Source: Calditrichales bacterium
GTDB taxonomy: Bacteria; Calditrichota; Calditrichia; Calditrichales; J004
Assembly (NCBI GenBank): GCA_965267575.1
Contig: OZ254086.1
Coordinates: 2,624,001 to 2,688,000 of the forward strand
Length of the DNA: 64,000 nt
Reading direction: 5' to 3'
The translations under genes were made by a program, and so were the position numbers. Positions 27,260-36,210 of this stretch are shown in pieces (the first letter of the stretch is position 1; every line of letters begins with the position of its first letter). The notes beneath the pieces are model-generated. The model had not been told where the DNA came from. It did not search any database and saw only the letters and a list, made by a program, of their open reading frames with translations.

Positions 27260-28312
27260 ATGGATCCCCGAAAAAAAGAATTGCTCAAAAAGCGCATTGA
27301 ACATATTGATATTACCCGCCACAATACCGTTGACATGGTTGAGGCCATGGGTAATATGGCTTTCCAGGCGCGTAATATTTACCGGGCGTCAAAGATTTTC
27401 GATATGATGCTGAAGGACAAGGAGTGCGTGGTTTTTCTTACTATCGCCGGGTCACTTATAAGCGCCGGGTTGAAAAAGGCGGTCAGCACGCTGGTACAGA
27501 ATAATATGGTGGATGCTATTGTGGCCACCGGCGCCAATATTGTGGACCAGGATTTCTTCGAAGCACTGGGCTTTTACCATTATGAAGGATCGCAGTTTTC
27601 CGATGACAACGCCCTGCGCCAGATGATGATCGACCGCATCTATGACACCTACATCGACGAGGAAGATTTGCGTATCTGCGATGATACGATCGCCCAAATA
27701 TGTGAAGAGCTTGAAAAACGCCCTTACACATCCCGCGAATTCATTTATGAAATGGGTCGCTACCTGGAGCGCAACGATAAATACGCGGAATCACGCAAGG
27801 ATTCGATTGTTTTCAACAGCTACAAAAACGGCGTACCGATCTTTGTGCCCGCTTTCAGCGATTGTTCCGCCGGCTTTGGTTTGGTGCATCATCAGTATCA
27901 TACACAAGGCCCCAAAGTGACGTTGGATTCTGCCGGCGATTTTCTTGAGATCACAAAAATCAAACTGGCACATCCCGATAGCGGCATCCTGATGCTGGGT
28001 GGTGGGGTACCCAAAAACTTCGTGCAGGACATTGTCGTGGCGACTGAAATCCTGGAGCAAGACGCGCCGATGCACAAATATGCTGTTCAGATCACGGTTG
28101 CCGATGAGCGCGATGGAGGTCTTTCCGGTTCCACGCTGAAAGAAGCCTGCTCCTGGGGCAAAGTCGACATCGTAAATGAACAAATGGTCTGGTCTGAAGC
28201 TACCGTCGCTTTTCCGCTTATCGCCGGCTATGGCTATCACAAAGGCAGCTGGAAAGAGCGCAAGGCCAAGCGTCTTAATGACATCTTTAAAATGGAAAGT
28301 GTGAACAGCTAA
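27260..28312 (+). CDS. Deoxyhypusine synthase-like protein (probable polyamine/homospermidine pathway enzyme)
   Basis: DRIYDT, GGGVPKNF, DGGLSGSTLKEACSWGK. Confidence 0.9.
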   Translation: MDPRKKELLKKRIEHIDITRHNTVDMVEAMGNMAFQARNIYRASKIFDMMLKDKECVVFLTIAGSLISAGLKKAVSTLVQNNMVDAIVATGANIVDQDFFEALGFYHYEGSQFSDDNALRQMMIDRIYDTYIDEEDLRICDDTIAQICEELEKRPYTSREFIYEMGRYLERNDKYAESRKDSIVFNSYKNGVPIFVPAFSDCSAGFGLVHHQYHTQGPKVTLDSAGDFLEITKIKLAHPDSGILMLGGGVPKNFVQDIVVATEILEQDAPMHKYAVQITVADERDGGLSGSTLKEACSWGKVDIVNEQMVWSEATVAFPLIAGYGYHKGSWKERKAKRLNDIFKMESVNS

Positions 28313-29274
28313 TGATCATAGTTACCGGGGCCGCCGGGTTTATTGGAAGCTGCGTGGTATCGCGGCTTAACAGGGAAGGTATTAACAATATTATTGCCGT
28401 GGACGTATTGCGCCACAACGATAAATGGATGAACCTGCGCCTCCTGGCCTTTGAAGATTACTGGGACCGGGCGATGCTTCCGGAAAAATTACCCACGCTG
28501 GGCAAGGTGGATGCCATCATCCATATCGGGGCCTGCAGCGCCACCACCGAGCGTGACAGCAGCTACCTGATGGAAAACAATTACCGTTACACGCTGAACC
28601 TGGCCCGTTTTGCCCTGGAAAACAACGTGCGTTTTATCTATGCCAGCAGCGCGGCCACCTACGGCGCCGGTGAACATGGCTACAATGATAACGAAGATGA
28701 GATCGAACAACTGCGGCCATTGAATATGTACGGCTACTCCAAACAGCTTTTTGATCTGAAGGCCAAGCGCGAAGGCTGGCTCAACTCCATTGTCGGGCTT
28801 AAGTTTTTTAACGTCTATGGGCCCAACGAATACCACAAGGGCGATATGTCTTCGGTGGTCTTCAAAGCTTTCAATCAAATCAAAGAGCAAGGCTTTGTTA
28901 AGCTTTTCCGCTCGCACCGCCATGACTACAAAGATGGCGAGCAGCTGCGTGATTTTGTCTATGTGAAGGATGTGCTGGACGTGATCTGGTTTTTCCTGAA
29001 CAACAAAGATAAAAACGGACTGTACAACTGCGGCAGCGGCACGGCGCGAAGCTTTAAAGACCTGGTAACGGCCACCTTCAAGGCCATGGAGTTGGAGCCG
29101 CGCATCGAGTACATCGATATGCCGCAAGAGCTGCGTGAGAAATACCAGTATTTTACAGAAGCGGACATGGGCAAATTGCAAAGCGCCGGCTTCCGCCAAA
29201 AGAGCACTTCGCTGGAGGAGGGCATCGGCGATTATGTGCGCAGCTACCTCATGAAGGATTTTGCCTGCTATTAA
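28312..29274 (+). CDS. rfaD: ADP-L-glycero-D-manno-heptose 6-epimerase
   Basis: TGAAGFIGS, GACSATTE, PLNMYGYSK, FNVYGPNEYHKG, YQYFTEAD. Confidence 0.95.
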   Translation: MIIVTGAAGFIGSCVVSRLNREGINNIIAVDVLRHNDKWMNLRLLAFEDYWDRAMLPEKLPTLGKVDAIIHIGACSATTERDSSYLMENNYRYTLNLARFALENNVRFIYASSAATYGAGEHGYNDNEDEIEQLRPLNMYGYSKQLFDLKAKREGWLNSIVGLKFFNVYGPNEYHKGDMSSVVFKAFNQIKEQGFVKLFRSHRHDYKDGEQLRDFVYVKDVLDVIWFFLNNKDKNGLYNCGSGTARSFKDLVTATFKAMELEPRIEYIDMPQELREKYQYFTEADMGKLQSAGFRQKSTSLEEGIGDYVRSYLMKDFACY

Positions 29275-29324
29275 AATGTGAGAGACATTGAATTAGCCGC
29301 AAGAATGGACCGATGATTGAACTC

Positions 29325-29478
29325 AGCATCGGAGATGCGACCCGTCATAGAATACCCCAGACAATGATATACAATTAAGCAGCATCGCTGCGACCATTTT
29401 GTCGGCCCGGTTCGCCCTGACAGGGCTTTTTGGGGTGGGGCGGATCGTTGTGCTATGACGGGTCGGCCCTCAGGGCCT
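29325..29478. repeat. Inverted REP-like element
   Basis: Perfect 12-bp inverted repeat GACCCGTCATAG (29339) / CTATGACGGGTC (29453), with small hairpins GCATCGGAGATGC and GCCCTGACAGGGC. Confidence 0.7.
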
Positions 29479-29500
29479 GTCTAATGGCAACACTGGCAAC

Positions 29501-29690
29501 GGAAGCCGATAAATCGGTTAGTAGAATGGCGCTGCATATAGCACCCCACGACTAAATGTCGTGGGTTAATGTTGCCTTTGGTCGTATTGTTACAGATAAC
29601 AGCGATTTGCCAGGGCGTAATGTTAACCCATGACTTCAGTCATGGGATTTGAGAAGGTACAGAAATCGGCCAACCGATTTATCGGTTTCC
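29501..29690. repeat. Inverted composite palindromic element (same family as 14298)
   Basis: AGCCGATAAATCGGTT - CCCACGACTAAATGTCGTGGG ... CCCATGACTTCAGTCATGGG - AACCGATTTATCGGTT. Confidence 0.85.
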
Positions 29691-29700
29691 CTGTTAAAAC

Positions 29701-29740
29701 AAAAAAAGCCCGCCGGTAACCCGGCGGGCTTTTCTTTTTC
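29701..29740. terminator. Bidirectional intrinsic terminator
   Basis: A7-GCCCGCCGG-TAAC-CCGGCGGGC-TTTTCTTTTT between converging genes. Confidence 0.85.
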
Positions 29741-29753
29741 TCAAGCGGAAATT

Positions 29754-30041
29754 TTACAAACCAAAACGGTCATAATTTTTCTTGATAAAAGCTTCCTGGT
29801 CTTCAGGAACTTCTTCTTCGGGGAAAATGGCCTCAACGGGGCACTCCGGTTCGCAGGCACCGCAATCGATGCACTCTTCGGGGTGGATGTACAACATTTG
29901 ATTATCAGTGCGCATTTTTGCTTTTCCCTCTTCATCTTCAAAGCTGTAACCCTCAGGCGGGTAGAAGCAATCAACCGGGCACACTTCCACGCAGGAAGTA
30001 TCGCATACGCCCACGCAAGGTTCGGTAATGATATAGGCCAT
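29754..30041 (-). CDS. Dicluster (7Fe-like) ferredoxin
   Basis: AYIITEPC...CVEVCPVDC and [13 protein letters not shown]. Confidence 0.92.
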   Translation of the reverse strand: MAYIITEPCVGVCDTSCVEVCPVDCFYPPEGYSFEDEEGKAKMRTDNQMLYIHPEECIDCGACEPECPVEAIFPEEEVPEDQEAFIKKNYDRFGL

Positions 30042-30212
30042 TTATAAAACTCCTTTCAAAATACGTGCAATTTCTTCCATAAACAGACTGAAAAGATTAA
30101 AACAAATTAGTTAATAATTCAAGATTAGTTACAATAAAACCCAGGCTGTGAGGTTGCTTATTATGCTCAAAATCGGCACATTCTGCATCATCAAAAGCGG
30201 AGCTCAGTTGCC

Positions 30213-31958
30213 TTGGTGAAGTTGTCAGCAACATTTCCTAATATAACATTTTTTTTGGCGCAGATTCTATTTTTTCCCGCGCTGTTTCTGGCCCAAACGG
30301 CTGTAGACAAAACAGATGAACCGTTTTCCCTGCAGGAACGCTTTTTTTACCCCTACACCGGCATTGCCGAAATAATCGATGCAAGAGAGCCGGGCGTTGA
30401 ACTGTTTGATTTTCTGGAAATGGGCCAGCCGCGATTTGTTTCTTTTCGCAACCTTTTTCCGTGGCAAACGCGCTTTGTGCTTGATAATATGCCGATGAAT
30501 GATCCGCTTAGCGGGATGTATAACAGCCGCTTTGTAAGCACGGATCAATCATTGGCGATTGAGCCATCGCCAACCGCACGTGAATTCCGCCTCTCCAGCC
30601 GCCACCACTCCAAAGGTGAAGAGCCCTATACCCAGCTAAAATTCCTGGAAGGCGATTTTGGCTATTTTGATCTGGACCTGTTTTTTGCCCGCCCATTGAC
30701 CAAGCGCAGCTCATTTGTGCTGGCCGGTTACAACCGCGGATATGACGGCTGGACCTTTGTAAACGCCGGGCACAGTGGATTCAACTACCGCGCTGAGGCG
30801 GACTACCGCATGAGCGACGAGGTGACAATGCGCGCCGGGTGGGTCTTTAACCGTCACCGCACGGGGATGCAGAATTTTAGCTTTTACGAAGATTACAGTT
30901 ACGACGAACGCCAGAACCGCTTTTTTGTCAGTGCCTGGTTCGCCGATTCCTCCATCTATCTTCCGCGGAGAATTGACCTGTTTATTCGCCACACGCGACG
31001 CACCTTCGATTCGCGCAGTGACCAGTTTTTCGTGCGCGAGCGCTACGACCAGGTGATGCTGGTGGCGGAGAAATCGCTCCCGCTACTGGGCGGTGAAATG
31101 TCTGGCCGCGCGGAATTGCAGGCTTTGCGTTATTGGGGCACGGTGTTCGACGGTATCTATGGAGAAACGGCGGGACAGCTGGAGTTAAGGGCTGACAGCT
31201 TGCTTGGGCTGCCCCTGGAGTTTTCCGCCACGCCAAAATATCACGGCGATAATATGGGATTTGACGCAGGTTTTGCCGCCCGTTTGAAGTATGGTCGCTC
31301 GCAGCTTCGGCTTGGCCTGGAGCGCAGCGCGCGATTGCCCTATGCCATGGAACGTTTTTATAATTACCCGGGAATCAGTGGCAGCCGTCTGCTTAATAAC
31401 GAAATTATGCGCCATGCCTACGCCCGCTGGCAAAGCGACAGCGCCGCAGTTGTGCGCTGGGTCCTGCAGGGAGGATTTCGACAGCTCGATGATGAAATCG
31501 TTTTTAACGACGGTGTTTTTGTAAACGGCCTTCAGCGCGATTGGAGTTACCTGAATGCCGGCGCCACGCTTCAATTGTGGATGCTGCGCTGGCAAAACCG
31601 GGTTGAGTATATCCCCGGCGACGAACATTTGCTTAGTCCGCTGGTGCTGGCTACGACACTCAGTTACCACGACCGCTGGTTTGACACGGTAGATTTAATC
31701 GCCACGGGCAGCCTCTCCTGGTATGACGGTTTCCGCCGGTTGAGTTACAATCCCATAATACAGCGCTTTTTTGCCGGGGGCGGCACGGAACAAGAAGCGT
31801 TTTATGTCGCCTCCTTTAAGGCCGGTATTATCGTAAAAGACGCCTATTTGTTTTTCGAAATGACAAACCCGGTCAGCACAACCTATTCATTTGTGCAAGG
31901 TTATTTTGACCAGTTTCGGCGTATTCGTTTTGGCGTAAATTGGGAATTTTGGAATTAG
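30213..31958 (+). CDS. Putative outer-membrane beta-barrel (putative porin or TonB-receptor-like); start uncertain
   Basis: Alternating beta-strand pattern; C-terminus RFGVNWEFWN. Confidence 0.7.
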   Translation: MVKLSATFPNITFFLAQILFFPALFLAQTAVDKTDEPFSLQERFFYPYTGIAEIIDAREPGVELFDFLEMGQPRFVSFRNLFPWQTRFVLDNMPMNDPLSGMYNSRFVSTDQSLAIEPSPTAREFRLSSRHHSKGEEPYTQLKFLEGDFGYFDLDLFFARPLTKRSSFVLAGYNRGYDGWTFVNAGHSGFNYRAEADYRMSDEVTMRAGWVFNRHRTGMQNFSFYEDYSYDERQNRFFVSAWFADSSIYLPRRIDLFIRHTRRTFDSRSDQFFVRERYDQVMLVAEKSLPLLGGEMSGRAELQALRYWGTVFDGIYGETAGQLELRADSLLGLPLEFSATPKYHGDNMGFDAGFAARLKYGRSQLRLGLERSARLPYAMERFYNYPGISGSRLLNNEIMRHAYARWQSDSAAVVRWVLQGGFRQLDDEIVFNDGVFVNGLQRDWSYLNAGATLQLWMLRWQNRVEYIPGDEHLLSPLVLATTLSYHDRWFDTVDLIATGSLSWYDGFRRLSYNPIIQRFFAGGGTEQEAFYVASFKAGIIVKDAYLFFEMTNPVSTTYSFVQGYFDQFRRIRFGVNWEFWN

Positions 31959-31969
31959 GAGATCGCACT

Positions 31970-33757
31970 ATGATCACTGAACGTATTTCCGCATTGCGAG
32001 CAGAGATGAAGAAAGAGGGCATTCGCGCCTGGATTGTGCCGAGCACCGATGCCCATCAAAGCGAATACGTGCCGGCCCTGTGGCAACGACGGCCGTGGAT
32101 AAGCGGCTTTACGGGCTCTGCCGGCGATGTAATCGTAACAACCGACAAAGCGGCGTTGTGGACAGACGGACGCTATTTTGCCCAGGCTGAACAGGAGTTG
32201 GCCGGCAGCGGTATTGAGCTGATGCGGATCGCTGAAAAAAGCACGCCTACGCAGCAGGCCTTTTTACGCGAAGTTCTGAAAGAAGGCGAAAGCGTCGCTA
32301 TTGATCCCAAGACGCTGAGCCACAGCCAGGCCCGGAGCCTGCTAAAAGACCTGCAGCAGGCCGGACTCAAAGTTAAGTTCATTGAACAGAACCTGGTGGA
32401 CCGCGTCTGGAAGGATCAGCCGGCCATGCCCTCCGATCCGCTGCGTGTTCATCCAAAGAAATACGCCGGCGAAAGCCATAAGGACAAGCTTAAAAGGGTG
32501 CGGGCGGAAATGGACAAGCATGGCGCCGATGCCCACGTTATCACCATGCTGGATGCTATCGCCTGGCTGTTTAACCTGCGTGGCAGCGATGTTGAATTCA
32601 ATCCCGTTTTCATTGCTTATGCCATCGTGGATAAGAAGAACGCCTACCTCTTTGTACGCGAAGACAAGCTGAATGATAAAGTGCGCAAACACCTTGGAGA
32701 AGAAGTTCAGGTTTACGATTACGGTGCGTTCAAGCTGCATCTCCAGCAGATTGCGCAGACCTGTTCCGCTTTTATGGTGGATGCGTCGGCCACCAACCAC
32801 TGGATCGTTTCCCTGATCGAAAAATCCTGCCGTGTGATCGATGCGCCGAGCCCGGTGACCAAATTCAAAGCCATCAAAAATAAAAAAGAGCTGGACGGCT
32901 TGCGTGCCTGCCATGTGCGTGATGGTGTGGCCATGGTGCAGTTTCTGCACTGGCTGGAACCGGCTGTTAAAAAAGGCGGGGTAACGGAGCTTTCAGCCGC
33001 GCAAAAACTGGAACAATTCCGCGCCCGGCAGGAGATGTTCATCGGCCCCAGTTTTAACACAATCTCCAGCTATAAGATACACGGTGGCATTATCCACTAT
33101 GCGGTGAGCGCGGAGAGCGATATTCCGTTGCAGCCGGAGAGCATTTACCTGATTGACAGCGGCGGCCAGTACGAAAACGGCACGACGGACATCACGCGGA
33201 CGGTGGCGCTGGGCAAGCCTTCAAAAAAGCAGAAAGAGCAGTTTACGCGCGTCTTGATGGGTCATATCGATCTGGAGCTGACCTCGTTCCCGGAGGGCAC
33301 TACAGGTCCTGCGCTGGATACGATCACCCGGCGCCATCTGTGGCAGGTTGGGCTTAATTTCAAGCATGGAACGGGGCACGGCATCGGAGCGGCCCTGTGT
33401 GTACACGAAGGCCCGGCATCGATTAACCCTTCTAAAGGTCATGGTGTGGCTGTTGAAGCGGGCATGGTATTTTCCAATGAGCCAGGCTACTACGAAGACG
33501 GACAGTACGGCATCAGGACGGAAAACCTGATCATCGTGAACGAAGATAAGAAAAACTCATCGGATGCCTTCAAATTTTTGTGTTTTGAAAATATTACGAT
33601 GTGCCCGATAGATCTGCGGTTGGTGGACAAGGATCTGCTAAAGAAAAAGCACGTCCGCTGGCTTAATGCATATCACAGGGAGGTACGTGAGAAGCTTTCG
33701 CCGCACCTTTCCGGGGAAGAAAAAAAGTGGCTTAAGGAAGCGACTAAAGCAATCTGA
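31970..33757 (+). CDS. Xaa-Pro aminopeptidase (M24B)
   Basis: DAHQSEY, DSGGQY..GTTDITRT, HGTGHG, HEGP, EPGYY, GIRTEN. Confidence 0.95.
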   Translation: MITERISALRAEMKKEGIRAWIVPSTDAHQSEYVPALWQRRPWISGFTGSAGDVIVTTDKAALWTDGRYFAQAEQELAGSGIELMRIAEKSTPTQQAFLREVLKEGESVAIDPKTLSHSQARSLLKDLQQAGLKVKFIEQNLVDRVWKDQPAMPSDPLRVHPKKYAGESHKDKLKRVRAEMDKHGADAHVITMLDAIAWLFNLRGSDVEFNPVFIAYAIVDKKNAYLFVREDKLNDKVRKHLGEEVQVYDYGAFKLHLQQIAQTCSAFMVDASATNHWIVSLIEKSCRVIDAPSPVTKFKAIKNKKELDGLRACHVRDGVAMVQFLHWLEPAVKKGGVTELSAAQKLEQFRARQEMFIGPSFNTISSYKIHGGIIHYAVSAESDIPLQPESIYLIDSGGQYENGTTDITRTVALGKPSKKQKEQFTRVLMGHIDLELTSFPEGTTGPALDTITRRHLWQVGLNFKHGTGHGIGAALCVHEGPASINPSKGHGVAVEAGMVFSNEPGYYEDGQYGIRTENLIIVNEDKKNSSDAFKFLCFENITMCPIDLRLVDKDLLKKKHVRWLNAYHREVREKLSPHLSGEEKKWLKEATKAI

Positions 33758-33761
33758 AAAT

Positions 33762-33791
33762 AAAAAAAGGCGGCCCGTTCGAGCCGCCTTT
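33762..33791. terminator. Intrinsic terminator (A-tract favours the - strand, trxA)
   Basis: A7-GGCGGC-CCGTTCGA-GCCGCC-TTT. Confidence 0.75.
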
Positions 33792-33817
33792 GTCGCATTA
33801 ATTAACTTTTACAAAAA

Positions 33818-34174
33818 TCAGTTTACGCCCAAAACTTCGCGCATGGCTTGTTTCAGGTTATCCTTGGGCAGGGCGCCCATGGCCATTTGCGGCTTGTCGC
33901 CAACCGGCACGAACAGCATGGAAGGGATGCTCTGAATACCGAAAACAGCAGCCAGTTCCTGCTCCTGCTCGGTGTCCACTTTGTAAATATCTACCTTGCC
34001 GGCATACTCTTCGCTCAGCTCTTCCAGGATCGGCGCCACCATTTTACAGGGACCGCACCAATCGGCGTAAAAATCGATAATGCAAGGTTTGTCGCCCTCA
34101 AATTTCCATTCCTTGTTTTCTTCATAGTTGAATACTTTTTCAAGGAAATCCTGTTTTGTCAAATTCTGCGTCAT
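33818..34174 (-). CDS. trxA: Thioredoxin
   Basis: DFYADWCGPCK; GGAGG before the ATG at 34174. Confidence 0.95.
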   Translation of the reverse strand: MTQNLTKQDFLEKVFNYEENKEWKFEGDKPCIIDFYADWCGPCKMVAPILEELSEEYAGKVDIYKVDTEQEQELAAVFGIQSIPSMLFVPVGDKPQMAMGALPKDNLKQAMREVLGVN

Positions 34175-34460
34175 TGTTCCTCCGCGTGTTAATGTTTTGC
34201 AAATTAAGATGAAACGGGCGTGAAAAAGGTTACAAAGTGCTGCCGGTTGCACTTGTTGTTGTGCTTTATTGCTGCCGTAAGTTAAATAATTATAACATAT
34301 TGTGATTGTTTCAAAGGTTTGTTGAAATCTCCGCCAAAAGCACTAATTTTGGGTCGGACGAAATTTTTTGGAACACATATGGCTTTCCGTGCACTTAAAT
34401 GTGTGCTTGTCTGAATGGATTTATTTAGTATATTTAACCTTGTACGATTTGGATTATCTA

Positions 34461-34856
34461 ATGAACACAACTTTTAAACGTCTGGTATCGATCAAGCTGA
34501 TGGTGGCGTTTCTGCTGCCCGTCGCCGCGACATTCGCGCTGGCCCTGCCCACCTCCGTCGCGGACGATGAGCACGCCTGCTGCCAGACTGAAAAAGTGCC
34601 CGAAAAGAAAAGCTGTTCCACGCTGCACGCCAGCGCCAACGGCACCTGCCCCTGCCCCGATATGCAAGAACAGGGTGAAGCAACGCCCGTTGAAATTGCC
34701 GTGCCCGTACAACAATCTGCCTTTACCTTTTTTAACGCCGGTGCTGCCGCAAAAATCATTTTCTTTGATGCGCCTTTGCGGCAATCCTTCAACAACACAA
34801 CACTGATATTATCTTCCCAAAAGCGCTACCTTAAGCTGCAATCCTTCCTGATCTGA
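34461..34856 (+). CDS. Cys-rich exported small protein upstream of the cus operon (putative leader)
   Basis: Hydrophobic N-terminus, HACC...C...CPC cluster, ends RYLKLQSFLI; 131 aa. Confidence 0.65.
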   Translation: MNTTFKRLVSIKLMVAFLLPVAATFALALPTSVADDEHACCQTEKVPEKKSCSTLHASANGTCPCPDMQEQGEATPVEIAVPVQQSAFTFFNAGAAAKIIFFDAPLRQSFNNTTLILSSQKRYLKLQSFLI

Positions 34857-34943
34857 TCTCCGCGGGAGACGTACGCCCTTCCGGCGTGCATAAGTGACCG
34901 TAACCGGTCTGAGCTATTTCCCAATTGACACGGAGACCATTCC

Positions 34944-36206
34944 ATGAACAAACACTTTTTATGGATCATGCTGCTTTTTGCCGCAGCCCTGCCCGCTGAT
35001 GAAAACGCCTGGCAGGAACTGGCGCAGGAAGCATTGCAAAATAACACAGACATACAGGCGGCCTATGAACGCTACCGTGCTGCCACTCAAGATCCGCAAA
35101 TAGCCGGGCAATACCCCGACCCGCAGCTGATGTGGACGCACTGGCTGGAGCCTGTCGAAACGCGGCTGGGCCCGCAGGAAAACGTGCTGAATCTGACGCA
35201 GCGTGTGCCTTTCCCCGGCAAGCTTTCGGCGCGCGAGCAACAGGCAGCCGGCGCGGCTGAAGCTTCCCTGCAAAATCTGCTGAAGACCAAACGCGACGTG
35301 CTGGCAAAACTCAAAACCCTGGTTTGGGAACTTAACCGCGTGCAAGAGTCGATCGCTGTGCTGGAAGAATTTAAGATGCACTTCAAGCCGTTCGCTTCTT
35401 CCGTGAGCGCCTCTTACAGGAGTGGCCGCACATCTCAGGCACGGCTGCTGCAAATCCACGTGGAAGAGCAGCTGTTTGATACAAAGATCGCTCTGCTCGT
35501 TAATGAAAAGAGCGCGTTGACCGCGAAAATAAACGCCCTGCTCAACAGACCGGCGGATGCTACGCTGGCAAAAGGCCTCACACCCACCCGTATCGACAGT
35601 CTTGAAAACAGCGATTTCTGGCTGGCCCGTGCCGACAGCCTGCGCCAGGAACAGCGCATGCTGCAGGCCAATATTTCTCAAACGGAATACAAGGTTAAAG
35701 AAGCGCGCCGCAACTACTGGCCCGACTTCATGATCGGGGCGACATGGGCGCAGATTGGCGAGAGCGTGATGCCCAACCCGGAATCCGGACGTGACGCGCT
35801 GGCGATCAATGCCGGTATCTCCATTCCCCTGTGGCAGGCGCCGCGTGACGCATCTGTAGAAAAAGCGCTGCGCAGCGGAAGTGCCTATCAAAGCTCTTTG
35901 AGCGGGGACAAGACCATGGTGGCCGGCCAGATCCGTGATCTGCTGTTCCGCTTTCGCACCTTAAAAGAGCAGGTGCAGCTTTACACGGAGCAACTGGTGC
36001 CGCAAAGCCGCGAATCGCTGACATCACAGATGCTGGGCTATGAAAGTGGCCAGATCAGTTTTGTGGAAATGATGCAAAGTCACCAACTGTGGCACCGCAT
36101 GGAGCTGGAGCGCATCCGGCTGATGACGGAGCAGCAAAAAGTAGCCGTGGAGTTGGAACGCCTGACCGGTGGCGACCCGCGGCTTATTAACATGAACGGA
36201 GAGTAG
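34944..36206 (+). CDS. TolC/CusC-like outer membrane factor
   Basis: Signal peptide, YPDPQL, QRVPFPGKL, ISIPLW; first gene of the cusBA cluster. Confidence 0.9.
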   Translation: MNKHFLWIMLLFAAALPADENAWQELAQEALQNNTDIQAAYERYRAATQDPQIAGQYPDPQLMWTHWLEPVETRLGPQENVLNLTQRVPFPGKLSAREQQAAGAAEASLQNLLKTKRDVLAKLKTLVWELNRVQESIAVLEEFKMHFKPFASSVSASYRSGRTSQARLLQIHVEEQLFDTKIALLVNEKSALTAKINALLNRPADATLAKGLTPTRIDSLENSDFWLARADSLRQEQRMLQANISQTEYKVKEARRNYWPDFMIGATWAQIGESVMPNPESGRDALAINAGISIPLWQAPRDASVEKALRSGSAYQSSLSGDKTMVAGQIRDLLFRFRTLKEQVQLYTEQLVPQSRESLTSQMLGYESGQISFVEMMQSHQLWHRMELERIRLMTEQQKVAVELERLTGGDPRLINMNGE

Positions 36207-36210
36207 TAAA

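Noticed and set aside
34368..34460. N-terminal extension of the Cys-rich ORF
   Set aside because: ATG 34461 gives a plausible signal peptide; the upstream TTG start runs through AT-rich promoter-like DNA.
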